This document shows, piece after piece, positions 9,881 to 19,483 of a stretch of DNA of 64,000 nucleotides. The DNA is from Sumerlaeia bacterium (lineage in GTDB: Bacteria > Sumerlaeota > Sumerlaeia > SLMS01 > JAHLLQ01). The DNA is taken from NCBI GenBank assembly GCA_040219255.1, contig JAVJSW010000046.1:160001-224000 (forward strand), read 5' to 3'. Made by a program: the position numbers and the translations under genes. The notes beneath the pieces were generated by a model. It had not been told where the DNA came from. It saw only the letters and a program-made list of their open reading frames with translations, and ran no database searches. Position 1 is the stretch's first letter, and every line of letters begins with the position of its first letter.

Positions 9881-11110
9881 TCAGGCGATCTGAGTTTCCG
9901 GAGACGCGGCGCCGTTCTGGTCTTCCCGGACGAGGCTTCGGGCCACCGCGGAGCCAAGACCGGGCGCGAGCTTCAAGCTGGCCAAGGCCGCCGCCGTCAA
10001 CGGCTGGGAATCGAGCACCCGGCGAATCGCCTGGATCGGAGCCTGCCGATTCTTCACCCGATCCTGCCAGGCCTGATCGTAGGAAAGCGCGAGGCGTTCG
10101 CTCCAGCCGTTGGCGACGGCCGCCTGGGCGTGCTCGACCGCCTCTTCCGCCGAAGCCAGGGCCCACGCCATTCCTTCCCCGGTCAACGGCTCCACATACC
10201 CGGAGGCATCGCCCACGAGGAGCAGGCGCTCGGCGCTCGGACGGGTCACGGACCGGCGCATGCGCGGACAGGTGACTGGATTGATGGTGTTTTCGCGGTC
10301 CCACAATTCAAGCGGGGCGGGAATGCCACAGCTCGCCAGGGTCTGCCGGATCGCCGCCAGGATGCCGCCCGCGTCGGAAATCGCGCGGGTCCGCAGCGCC
10401 GCCGCCAAGCTCCACAGCCCACCTTCCACCCGAGCCAAACCCACATAGCCCAACGTTCCGCAGGCCATCGTAATCGTTTCCTCGGGCAGATGCGCGAAGG
10501 CGTTGGCAGACATCAGCAGAGAGGCGCCGACCTTATCGTTGGCGGACGGACGAGCTTCCTCCGCCAGACCGGCGCAGCGCGCCATCGCACTCCCCAGCCC
10601 GTCGCAGGCGATGACCATCTGGGCGGTGGCGGTGGCGTTGTGCCCGTCCTCGGAGCGAAGCGCGATCAGGCGATGCTCGCCCAAGAGCCGGGTCGATACG
10701 GCGCGCGTTTGATCGATATAGGACACGCCTTCGTCAAGGGCGGCCTGCAACAGGCCGCTGTCGAGGCTCTGGCGCGAAATGCCCAGGGTGTGCTGCGCAT
10801 CGTGCTCCAAAGATACCGTCGCGTCCATACCGCTCGTATGCACCATGCGCAGGCGCTTGAGGGGTTGGGCCGCCAGGCCCTCCAGGGTGCGCCGCATCCC
10901 GAGGCGGCCGAGGGAATTCTGGGCGCGAGCGTTCAGGCAGCCACCACAGGTCTTTGGCCGGGGATGGCGTGACCGCTCGATCAACAGGACGTCGAGACCA
11001 CGCCGGGCCAGGGCGGCGGAAAGGGCGGTGCCCGCGACACCGGCGCCGACAACGACGACGGGCCAAACGCGGGCGGTGATGTCCTGAAGTGTGAGGGTCG
11101 GGCCGGTCAT
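9881..11110 (-). CDS. NAD(P)/FAD-dependent oxidoreductase (geranylgeranyl reductase-like)
   Basis: VVVGAGVAG, PRPKTCGGCL, ACDGLGS and LVGDASGYVEPLTGEGM motifs. Confidence 0.88.
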   Translation of the reverse strand: MTGPTLTLQDITARVWPVVVVGAGVAGTALSAALARRGLDVLLIERSRHPRPKTCGGCLNARAQNSLGRLGMRRTLEGLAAQPLKRLRMVHTSGMDATVSLEHDAQHTLGISRQSLDSGLLQAALDEGVSYIDQTRAVSTRLLGEHRLIALRSEDGHNATATAQMVIACDGLGSAMARCAGLAEEARPSANDKVGASLLMSANAFAHLPEETITMACGTLGYVGLARVEGGLWSLAAALRTRAISDAGGILAAIRQTLASCGIPAPLELWDRENTINPVTCPRMRRSVTRPSAERLLLVGDASGYVEPLTGEGMAWALASAEEAVEHAQAAVANGWSERLALSYDQAWQDRVKNRQAPIQAIRRVLDSQPLTAAALASLKLAPGLGSAVARSLVREDQNGAASPETQIA

Positions 11111-11169
11111 GTCCCAGGGTCCTCTTTGGAAACCTTGGCAGCGCCAAGGAAGTTTCATGACTAAAAGGC

Positions 11170-11937
11170 TTAAGCGAGTCGAAGGCGGGAAGTCAAGAGA
11201 AGGCGGCAGGGAAAACGCCTTTCCAACAAAGCCTCCGGCAACTCCGCTCTTTCTGCCAGATCTTTGATTTCGCACGACTTGAACGCCGACCTGATGGACA
11301 GCGCGCTGTCCACGTGGACGACCTCCGAGTCTGTCACGAGGCGCGCCGCGAGGGCGACCTGCCAATAGGAGAGCCAGCTCCGTTCCAAATCCAAAACCAC
11401 GATCAGAAAAGCGGCGGCTGCCGCCGCTTTCTTGAGCAAAATCAACGCTTCGTCATCCCCGCAATGATGCAGGAAATTCGTGCAGAGGACCACGTCGGCC
11501 TTCGGCAGGGGCTCCTGGAGAATGTCAAGCGCCCGAAATTCGGCTCCGGGAATGCCTCTTCCATTGGCGCATCCGATCGCGAAGGGGCTGATGTCCGCGC
11601 CGAGAAAGCTCCATCCGGGCGGGCAGAGGCACCGGAGCCGGGCGATCGACCGGCCGTCGCCGCAGGCGAGATCGAGCACGCGTAGGGGCTGGCGAAATTC
11701 CGCGGGGGAGAGACGATGGCGGATTGCGCCCAGCAGCATCGCTGGGGCACGGCTAAGGGCGTTGAGGCGATGGAGCCCTGCCAGCGCGCGCTCGTGATCG
11801 CGGGGGTCCAGTCGCGGGTCGTCCATGATCTCCGGCCAGAGTTCGCGCTTCCGAAGCGCGTCTCGATCCCAAGGCTTAAGCCACTGGGCGCTGGGATGGG
11901 AGGCGATCAGTTGGCGGGCGGAAAGGGAATCAGGCAT
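11170..11937 (-). CDS. SAM-dependent methyltransferase (type usually linked to type III PKS clusters)
   Basis: PEIMDDP, LHRLN, VLDLACGDG, FLHH, DL.RS and HVDSALSIRSAF motifs. Confidence 0.85.
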   Translation of the reverse strand: MPDSLSARQLIASHPSAQWLKPWDRDALRKRELWPEIMDDPRLDPRDHERALAGLHRLNALSRAPAMLLGAIRHRLSPAEFRQPLRVLDLACGDGRSIARLRCLCPPGWSFLGADISPFAIGCANGRGIPGAEFRALDILQEPLPKADVVLCTNFLHHCGDDEALILLKKAAAAAAFLIVVLDLERSWLSYWQVALAARLVTDSEVVHVDSALSIRSAFKSCEIKDLAERAELPEALLERRFPCRLLLTSRLRLA

Positions 11938-11967
11938 GGATGGAAATCGCCGAGGGCGGAGGCGGAT

Positions 11968-12726
11968 GTGACCGAGGACGTGATTCAATCAGCGAAAAAT
12001 CCGCGGATCAAGCAGTGGAAGGCCCTGCATTCGGCCAAAGGCCGGCGTGAGGCGGGCCTCTTTCTCGCCGAAGGGCCTCACCTGGTGGAAGAAGCCCTCG
12101 CCAGCCGCTGGCCAATCGAGACCTTGCTCCTCGCCGAGGGTTCGAGTCCTCCGCCGGTGGTGGGCCGCATCGAGTCGGTTTGGCTGTCCGAGCCGGCCAT
12201 GCGAGCCGTCTCAGAAACAGAGGCGCCGCAGGGAATGGCGGCCGTTTGCCGATTGCCGGAAAGCGGGGCCAGCTTGCCGGCCGGCGAGCGGTTCCTGCTC
12301 CTCGACGCCGTGCAGGACCCGGGCAATGTCGGCACGCTGATTCGCGTGGCGGACGCCATGGGGCTGGACGGCGTGATCCTTGGGCCGGGAAGCGCGGACC
12401 CGTTCTCGGGAAAGGTGCTGCGGTCGGCGCAGGGATCGGTGTTTCATCTGCCGGTGCGCCGCGGGGAAAGCCTGGAGGAGGCCCTGCGGGAAATGAAGGC
12501 GCGGGGCCTGCCGGTCCTGGCGGCGGACATGATGGGCACGCCCATCCGTGAGTTCCGGGGGGGTGCGAGCTTCGCGCTCGTTATGGGAAACGAGGGAGCG
12601 GGTCTTTCGGAGCAGGCGTTGGCCTTTGCCGATCATCGGGTGTCGATCCCGATGCGGGGCCGGGCGGAGTCGCTTAACGTCGGCGTTGCCGCCGGCATTT
12701 GCCTCTACGAACTTCTGCGAGGTTGA
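11968..12726 (+). CDS. TrmH/SpoU family RNA methyltransferase
   Basis: VQDPGNVGTLIR, MGNEGAGLS and IPMRGRAESLNV motifs; GTG start inferred. Confidence 0.92.
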   Translation: MTEDVIQSAKNPRIKQWKALHSAKGRREAGLFLAEGPHLVEEALASRWPIETLLLAEGSSPPPVVGRIESVWLSEPAMRAVSETEAPQGMAAVCRLPESGASLPAGERFLLLDAVQDPGNVGTLIRVADAMGLDGVILGPGSADPFSGKVLRSAQGSVFHLPVRRGESLEEALREMKARGLPVLAADMMGTPIREFRGGASFALVMGNEGAGLSEQALAFADHRVSIPMRGRAESLNVGVAAGICLYELLRG

Positions 12727-12779
12727 ACTCTTGCTTGATGGAAAACTGGCGCGATGGACCCGCTGAGTATCTTGCGGGT

Positions 12780-13049
12780 TTAGGCGAGCAGCGTCCAGAG
12801 ACTGAAGAACCAGACTCCGGCGGCGGCGGTGGATTGGGCGGCGAGGAGGGTGTTGCGGCGTTCGACAGCGAAGAGGTCGAGGGCGCACCAGCCCCAAAGC
12901 AGGGTCCCGGCGGCGAGGAAAAGCACCGGGAGCAACCCGGTTGTGCCGACCGCGCAAAGGAACGCGCCGGTGAAGAAAAGACCGAGCGAGAAGAGGCTGG
13001 TCATAGCGATCGAGAAGAGGGTCTGTGTTCTGAGTTCGTTTTCTTCCAT
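12780..13049 (-). CDS. Small membrane protein (about 3 TM)
   Basis: 89 aa, strongly hydrophobic ORF starting MEENELR. Confidence 0.55.
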   Translation of the reverse strand: MEENELRTQTLFSIAMTSLFSLGLFFTGAFLCAVGTTGLLPVLFLAAGTLLWGWCALDLFAVERRNTLLAAQSTAAAGVWFFSLWTLLA

Positions 13050-13204
13050 GATAATCGGTCCGTGACGCCCAGAAAAATTTCGCGAGGTGCAATCTGCCAG
13101 AGCGCGCGTCACGGGTGGAAGCTGGCATTAAAGCGTTTTATCTGCAAGCCTATATTTCAGGATTTTTCGACTCCGTAAAGCTTTCGTTTCCTTGAAGTTA
13201 GGAT

Positions 13205-13368
13205 GTGGATCGGACGAGTCTGAGATAGGACGCGGCGCCTTTTTGCCGGGGCGCTGCCAGCCCCTTTGAATCAATGGCGAAACTGAGTGCGATCCTGAGC
13301 GGCACGGCCCTCGCATTTAACGAATCCATGCGTCTTGCCGGTTGCTCTGGCGCAATCTCTTGATCCAC
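13205..13368 (+). ncRNA. Putative 6S RNA-like long hairpin with central bubble
   Basis: gtggatcgg/ttgatccac closing stem, aggacgcg/tgcgtctt stem, unpaired central region, tgccggggcgctgcc/ggcacggccctcgca stem; about 165 nt, intergenic. Confidence 0.55.
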
Positions 13369-13434
13369 CGTTTCAGGCGTTCCGGAGAGAACTCGCCGGA
13401 CACAACCGCAGCTTTCTATTTGGTAAGGCAGGAT

Positions 13435-14625
13435 ATGACCGTTCAGCGCCGGAAAACTCGCCAGATCTCCGTGGGAAATGTCGCCATCGGCGGCGGGGCG
13501 CCTATCAGCGTCCAGACCATGACCAAGACCAAGACCCACAACGTGGAGGCCACGCTGGCTCAACTCCACGACCTCGCCGAGGCGGGTGCCGATATCGTGC
13601 GCCTGGCCTGTCCGGACGAAGCCGCGGGCGAGGCCTTCAAGCCGATCATGCGCGAGGCCCCGGTCCCCATCATCGCCGACATCCACTTCGACTACCGTCT
13701 CGCCATCATGGTGCTCGACGCGGGCGTCGACGGCATCCGGCTCAACCCCGGCAACCTGGCGCGGCTGGATAAGCTGCCGGAAATCGTCGATCGCTGCCGC
13801 GACCGAAAGGTCCCCATCCGCATCGGCGTGAACAACGGGTCACTCTCGCGGCCGCTGCGCAAGAAGGTCTTCGCCGGCGAGATGGCCACCCACGACGCCA
13901 TGGCGGAATCGGCTCTCGAGCACATCAAGCTCCTCGAAGACCTTAATTACGAGGAGATCAAGATTTCGCTCAAGGCCTCGGACGTGGACACGACAGTACG
14001 GGCCTATCGCGCGCTGGCGGGGCGCTGCGATTATCCCTTCCACGTGGGCCTGACGGAAGCCGGGACCGTTCGTACCGGCACCATCAAGAGCAGCATCGCC
14101 ATCGGCATGCTGGCGCATGAGGGTCTGTGCGACACGATTCGCGTTTCGCTGACCGGCGATTCGAAGGAAGAAGTGTTCGTGGGCCAGAAAATCCTGCAAT
14201 TCGTGGGATTGCGCGACGCCGGGCCGAACCTGATCTCCTGCCCAAGTTGCGGCCGCGTCGAGATCGGGTTGGAGAAAGCCGCCTATGACGTCGAGGAGCG
14301 GCTGCGCAAGTACGGCAAAGAGACCATCAGCGTCTCCGTCATGGGGTGCGTGGTGAACGGCCCCGGCGAGGGCCAGATCGCCGACTTCGGCATTGCCGGC
14401 GGCCGGGGCCAGGGCGTCATCTATCGCCTCGGCAAGGTCCTCAAGAAGTGCCGCGAGGAAGACATGGTGGACGAACTGTTTGTAGCCATCGACGACTGGA
14501 TCGCCTCGGGCCGGCCCCGCGAGGAAGTGGACCCGGAGGTCTTCGAGCGGGTCATGAACGCGCGCCCCGGCTTCGAAGAATCGGCCGAGGCCTCCGCCAC
14601 CAAAGAAGCCGCCGCCACGCAGTGA
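13435..14625 (+). CDS. ispG: (E)-4-hydroxy-3-methylbut-2-enyl-diphosphate synthase
   Basis: PISVQTMT, IADIHFD, RLNPGN, RIGVNNGSL, SCPSCGR and MGCVVNGPGE motifs. Confidence 0.97.
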   Translation: MTVQRRKTRQISVGNVAIGGGAPISVQTMTKTKTHNVEATLAQLHDLAEAGADIVRLACPDEAAGEAFKPIMREAPVPIIADIHFDYRLAIMVLDAGVDGIRLNPGNLARLDKLPEIVDRCRDRKVPIRIGVNNGSLSRPLRKKVFAGEMATHDAMAESALEHIKLLEDLNYEEIKISLKASDVDTTVRAYRALAGRCDYPFHVGLTEAGTVRTGTIKSSIAIGMLAHEGLCDTIRVSLTGDSKEEVFVGQKILQFVGLRDAGPNLISCPSCGRVEIGLEKAAYDVEERLRKYGKETISVSVMGCVVNGPGEGQIADFGIAGGRGQGVIYRLGKVLKKCREEDMVDELFVAIDDWIASGRPREEVDPEVFERVMNARPGFEESAEASATKEAAATQ

Positions 14626-14635
14626 GAGGTCCCCG

Positions 14636-15376
14636 ATGAGCGATCGCGATTGGAACCTGGGTAAGGGAAAGAAGAAGGCCGCCCGCATGCCGGCGGCGGT
14701 GGCCAAGCGCCCCGCCCCTGTGCCCGACTCCACGCCGCCAAAGCCCAGCCCGCGAGTGAACGATACGCCCGAGGACGTCCGTGAGGCGTTGTTGGACGTG
14801 CCGGACGAGCCGGAAGCGGCGGGGGAGGGTTCTCCCGCCCCGGCCCGCACGCGCAAGACAAGGCGCAAGGCGGGAGTCCCGTTCTGGAAAAAGCCGTACC
14901 GGGAATATTCCACCCTGGAGAAAGCCGGTGCGCTGGCGGGCATGCTGACCATCATCGTGGCGATGCCTTTCTTGGTGATGGGTGTGCTGCGGTCGACGGA
15001 CCGGACGCGGAGCCAGGAAGCCGTCATCATTCTGCAGAACATCGCCGACTACGTGGCCGATTACCGCCACACCCAGAAGAAGTACCCCGACTCCCTGGTC
15101 AACATTCTGGCGCCGCTCAAGCGCTCGGAGCGGCAACTCTCCGACAGCTTCCCTAACATCCGCGCAGGGTATTATCCCGGACCCGCCGATCTGTTCGCCC
15201 TCTGGGAGGTCGGCCCGAACGGCAAGACCGGCTTTGTGGAAAGCGACCTTCTGCCGGTGCTGGACGGAACGGCGCAGGAGGTGGCGGCGGCGGAGCTGCT
15301 GGATGGCGACGACATGTTGTTCATATTCAAGGTTGAAGGAAATCTGGCGACAGCAGTGTATGAAAACATACCTTGA
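14636..15376 (+). CDS. Single-TM protein with GspG/pseudopilin-like C-terminal domain
   Basis: Pro/charged N-terminus, one TM, then Y.....KYPDSL ... LWEVGPNGKTG ... DD, resembling the T2SS-G domain. Confidence 0.55.
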   Translation: MSDRDWNLGKGKKKAARMPAAVAKRPAPVPDSTPPKPSPRVNDTPEDVREALLDVPDEPEAAGEGSPAPARTRKTRRKAGVPFWKKPYREYSTLEKAGALAGMLTIIVAMPFLVMGVLRSTDRTRSQEAVIILQNIADYVADYRHTQKKYPDSLVNILAPLKRSERQLSDSFPNIRAGYYPGPADLFALWEVGPNGKTGFVESDLLPVLDGTAQEVAAAELLDGDDMLFIFKVEGNLATAVYENIP

Positions 15377-15432
15377 TCGCCGGAGCCGGGAAGGCTTGGA
15401 TGCGGGAACTCGTTTTGAAGAGGTCTTGAACT

Positions 15433-15723
15433 ATGTGGAAAGACGCCTCGCTCAAAGGTCTTCTGGTGCTGCTCGCCGTATTGCTGGCGGCCAATCTGAT
15501 GGCGGTGCTGCTTCGGCCGCCGGGCGATTCGGTGGCGGTTTCTGCCCTTGTGCCCTCGGCCCAGGCGGGTCAAGTAATGCGGCTCGACTCGGAGATTCTG
15601 GTCACCACCAACCAACAGGGCGATCAGATCACGATTTGGCAACTCGGCCGCTATGTGGATGGGGGCTATGAGAGCGCCAAGTCCCGGACCTACACCGCCG
15701 CGGCGACGACTCAGCGTCGCTGA
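15433..15723 (+). CDS. Small exported hypothetical protein
   Basis: Hydrophobic N-terminus; gagg upstream of ATG. Confidence 0.6.
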   Translation: MWKDASLKGLLVLLAVLLAANLMAVLLRPPGDSVAVSALVPSAQAGQVMRLDSEILVTTNQQGDQITIWQLGRYVDGGYESAKSRTYTAAATTQRR

Positions 15724-15753
15724 CGGTACTCTTGTTTTCGAGGACAACGCGGC

Positions 15754-17101
15754 TTGATGATCTGTCTCGGTGTGACCGGCAAAGACCGGCGCCCCACCAC
15801 CTGGCTCTTCGATAAGGAAGACATCACGCTCGGGCGGTCCTCGGCGAACGATCTCGTTTTCGACTTGGCCGTGGACAGTGTGGTGTCTCGCCGCCACGCC
15901 ATGATTACGCGGCGGGGCAAGAAGTACTTCATTGAAGACTTGCAGAGCACCCAGGGGACCTTATCACAACCGCGTCCGCATCCATGGCGAGTCGGAGCTG
16001 AAGGAGGGGGACGAGGTTCGTCTCGGTTTGCGGGGCCCGGTCGTCATGATTTCCATTAGGGCCCCCGGCCCGCGAAATGACACGCAGAGCGACGGGGTGC
16101 CCATTTCCGGTGAGAACACGACCCTGCCTCAGTTGCCTCCGGGGGCGGTTTTCCCGCTGGCCCTCTATAGGGGCTTCCCGGACCGATTCCAGGTTTACGA
16201 AAAGATCGGCGAGGGCGGCTACGGCCAGGTCTGGCGCGCCCGCGCCCGCAGTGCCAACGAATGGGTCGCCATCAAATTCCTCAGGCCCGAGCTGCTGCTC
16301 TTCAACTCGCGCAAACCCAACCAGGACTTCGATCACGTCGTGCGGCGTTTTCAGCGCGAAGCGGAACTGACGGCGCGTCTGACGGACGAGTCCCTCGGCG
16401 TGGCCAAGGTCCTGGAAACGGGCGGCAATGCCCGCATGGGCATTTTCTACATGATGATGGACTACATCGCCGGGGTTCCGCTGGACAAACTCATCCTGCG
16501 CGAGAAGGGGCTGCGGCCGGGCCTGGTGAGCCGCTACGTGCTCCAGGTGGCGCGAACCCTCAAGTACGCCCACGACTTCACTTGGGACGACCCGCAAACC
16601 GGCAATCAAGCCCGCGGCATCGTCCACCGCGACATCAAACCCGGCAACATCATCATTCGCCAGCACGACAACGCCGCGATCCTTTGCGATTTCGGTATCG
16701 CCGGCATCGTCGAAGGGGCCGAGCGCCTGACCCTGCCGCACATGCAAGTCTGCTCGTACAAGTACACGGCTCCCGAGGTTCTCGAGAGCAATGACATCTC
16801 GCCCGCGACGGACATGTGGGGCCTGGCGGTAACGGCCTACGTGGCGTTGACGGGCGGGCGGTTCCCATATCCCGGGGCGACGCTGCTGGAGACGCTGCGC
16901 AACACGCAGGCGGGCAAGCTCATTCCCCTCGACGACAGCCACGGCCTCGTTTCGGACGAACTCAAGGAGTTCCTCCATCGGGCCCTCGACCCCGATCCGG
17001 CGCGCCGGCTGCGCACCGCCGAGGACTTCGTGCGCCATCTGGAACCGCTGGTCTATTCGGAAACGGACAACTCGGTCTTTTTATCCCAGAACATTTCCTA
17101 A
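15754..17101 (+). pseudogene. FHA domain + Ser/Thr protein kinase with a 1-nt frameshift near 15961 (error or pseudogene)
   Basis: FHA motifs GR...VSRRHA...DLQSTQGT in one frame continue as YHNRVRI...LKEGDEVRLG in the next; kinase motifs GEGGYG, AIK, HRDIKPGN, DFG and APE are intact. Confidence 0.85.
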
Positions 17102-17643
17102 ACGCCCAGTAGCTTGAGGAACTCGCGCAGGAAAGCCGGATGGTCGGGCCACGCGCGCGACGTCACCAGCTCGCCGTCCACCACAACCTCTCGGTCCAGG
17201 AAGGTCGCGCCGGCGCGCTCCATGTCGGGCTTGAGCGCCGGGTAGGCGGTCAGCGTCCGGCCACCGATCAGGTTGGCGGCGGAGAGGATGAGCTGACCGT
17301 GGCATATCGAAGCGACCGGCTTGCCGGCCTCGAAGAACTCGCGGGCGAGGCGCAGGCAATCGGCATCGTTGCGGATCCACTCGGGAGCCCGGCCGCCCGG
17401 GATGACCAAGCCGGCGAAGTCCACCGCCCGGGCGTCGGCAAAGGCCAGCGTGGCCTCCACCCGATAGCCGCCCTTTTCCGTGTAGGTGTCGAAGCCGGGT
17501 TCGAAGTCATGGACGACGGTTCTGAGGACTTTGGCCTTGGGCGCGGCGACGACGGGATCGAGGCCCGCCTCCTGGAGCCGTTGGAGCGGATACATGACTT
17601 CGAGGGCTTCGGCGGCGTCGCCGGTCATGAGGAGGATTTTCAT
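17098..17643 (-). CDS. DJ-1/PfpI family protein
   Basis: E.LE, IPGGRAPE, SICHG and TSRAWPD motifs. Confidence 0.92.
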   Translation of the reverse strand: MKILLMTGDAAEALEVMYPLQRLQEAGLDPVVAAPKAKVLRTVVHDFEPGFDTYTEKGGYRVEATLAFADARAVDFAGLVIPGGRAPEWIRNDADCLRLAREFFEAGKPVASICHGQLILSAANLIGGRTLTAYPALKPDMERAGATFLDREVVVDGELVTSRAWPDHPAFLREFLKLLGV

Positions 17644-17677
17644 GGCGGGGTTTCCCTTCGCGGAGGATTGTCGGACA

Positions 17678-17710
17678 CAAAGAAAAACGCCGCATCGGGA
17701 GACGCGGCGC
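17678..17710 (-). terminator. Intrinsic terminator after the lipoprotein gene
   Basis: Minus-strand cgccgcgtc-tccc-gatgcggcg stem followed by tttttcttt. Confidence 0.65.
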
Positions 17711-17755
17711 CAGGGAAATGCAGGCCAGCGGGGCTGGCAGGCGGCGGGGGAGGGG

Positions 17756-18154
17756 TTACTTGCTGGCGATGGCGGTGGCTTCGGCGCGATCGACGTAGAT
17801 GCCGACGATGCCGAAGGGGAAGCCGTAGTAGCCTTCGCGATGCTCGATCAGGATCAGGCCGTCGGTGCCGCGGCCCGGGTTGGCGGCGGCGTCCACCAGC
17901 AGGTCTTCGGGGCTCAAGGCGGGGTAGAGTTCGATGAACTTGACGAGCATCGGCAGGCCGACGCCGATGCCGATTTCCGTCGATTTGTGGATGCCGGTGG
18001 CGTTGTAGTTCTCATAGGTGCCGTCGCCGGTGGTGGCGTTCTGGACACCGGTGCGCGAAGCGACTTCGGTCAGATCGACCTTGCTGGGCAGGGAGCAGCC
18101 GGTGAGGGCGACGACGGCGGCGAGGGAGCAGAGGAGGGCGATGATTTTCTTCAT
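17756..18154 (-). CDS. Lipoprotein, hypothetical
   Basis: MKK + hydrophobic stretch + LTGC lipobox. Confidence 0.8.
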   Translation of the reverse strand: MKKIIALLCSLAAVVALTGCSLPSKVDLTEVASRTGVQNATTGDGTYENYNATGIHKSTEIGIGVGLPMLVKFIELYPALSPEDLLVDAAANPGRGTDGLILIEHREGYYGFPFGIVGIYVDRAEATAIASK

Positions 18155-18404
18155 AGGGAAAAATCCTGTTGTGAATTGAAATTGTCTCCAAAATCGGAAT
18201 TGGAGCGGTTTACAAATCTAACGCAGCCTCTTCGCTCCCGACCGGGTCAAGATGAAAGCGCTTTTTGCGTTTGGCGAAATCCTGCATTTCTGTAGGCATT
18301 TCCGTGCTTGACCGTCACCCTTGCCTTCCGGAAACCTCTCGCCCAAATGTTCGGCCCCGGGAGGTCCCACCCCCTTGAACCAGTCCCTTCTGCAAGCGCC
18401 CGCC

Positions 18405-19112
18405 ATGACCATTGCCACCCTCGAAGCGGAAGACTTCGCCTTTCTCGGCCGCCCTGTGCGCGGAATCCTTCTGGATATGGACGGCACCATCGCCGATACC
18501 AAGGAAGCCCACGCCGACGGCTGGGTGTCCTGGGCCGCCCGCCACAACCTGCCCATCAGCCGCCAGAGCTACCTGACGGAATACTTCGGCCGCTCCAACG
18601 ACGACGTCATTCCCGAGTTGTTCCCCCATCTGGCGCACGACAAGGCGGCGCTGAAGGAATTGTCCGATGACAAAGAGCGGGACTTTCCCGAGTACGTCGC
18701 CCAAGGCCGCATCACACCGATGCCGGGGGTGATCGAGTTCATCCGCCGCTGCCACGAGCGCGGCCTCGGCCTCGCCGTCGCCAGCAGCGCCCCCACCTAC
18801 AACGTCGAGAAGATCTGCGAGGTCTTCGACATCGCGCGTTATATTCCGGTGCGCCTGGGCATGGAGAGCGTCAAGCGCGCCAAGCCGGCCCCCGATCTCT
18901 TCCTGAAGGCCGCAGCCAGCCTGGGCCTCGACCCCCGCGACTGCGTCGTCTTCGAGGACAGCGTCCACGGCCTGCAGGGCGCCCGCGACGCCGGCTGCCG
19001 CACCGTCGGCGTCCTGACGCTGAACACGGCGGAAAAACTCGGTACCCTGGCCGATATCTGCATCGATGACTACGAAGAGCTGATGGCCATGGAACCGTGG
19101 AACCGGGTTTAG
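18405..19112 (+). CDS. HAD family phosphatase (beta-PGM-like)
   Basis: DMDGT, KPAPD and FEDS..G motifs. Confidence 0.92.
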   Translation: MTIATLEAEDFAFLGRPVRGILLDMDGTIADTKEAHADGWVSWAARHNLPISRQSYLTEYFGRSNDDVIPELFPHLAHDKAALKELSDDKERDFPEYVAQGRITPMPGVIEFIRRCHERGLGLAVASSAPTYNVEKICEVFDIARYIPVRLGMESVKRAKPAPDLFLKAAASLGLDPRDCVVFEDSVHGLQGARDAGCRTVGVLTLNTAEKLGTLADICIDDYEELMAMEPWNRV

Positions 19113-19145
19113 GAATTCACCGCAGAGGCGCGGAGAACGCTGAGA
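19113..19145 (+). repeat. REP-like repeat, copy 1 (variant)
   Basis: gaattcaccgcagaggcgcggagaacgctgaga; matches copies at 21153 and 54104. Confidence 0.7.
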
Positions 19146-19483
19146 ACACAGGGGATGCGAAGCTTCTTGGGGACGCGATGAGCTAGAAGAGAGCATGATG
19201 GTGGTTCCTTGGAAAGAAGGGGTTTTTGGCTGACTTGGGGGGAGCCTACCACAGCCCCGCCGTTTGTCCCCTCATGTGGAGCTTCGGGAACAAAAAAGAC
19301 AAAATACACTTGTCAGACAAAACAGACATCCGGATCGACCCGCCGGGCGGGCGGCGAACCCGGCGCTCTCCCGCGTCCCCGGCGCTCTCCAATTCCCCGC
19401 CACCCCCTCGCATTTCCCCATCGACCCGCCCCGCCACCTGTGATGACTAACGCCCTCGTCATACCCCCGAGGGAGTTTTTTCC

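Noticed and set aside
19320-19483. ZMP/ZTP riboswitch upstream of purH
   Set aside because: Consensus elements not found; only short C-rich direct repeats (ccggcgctctcc twice)
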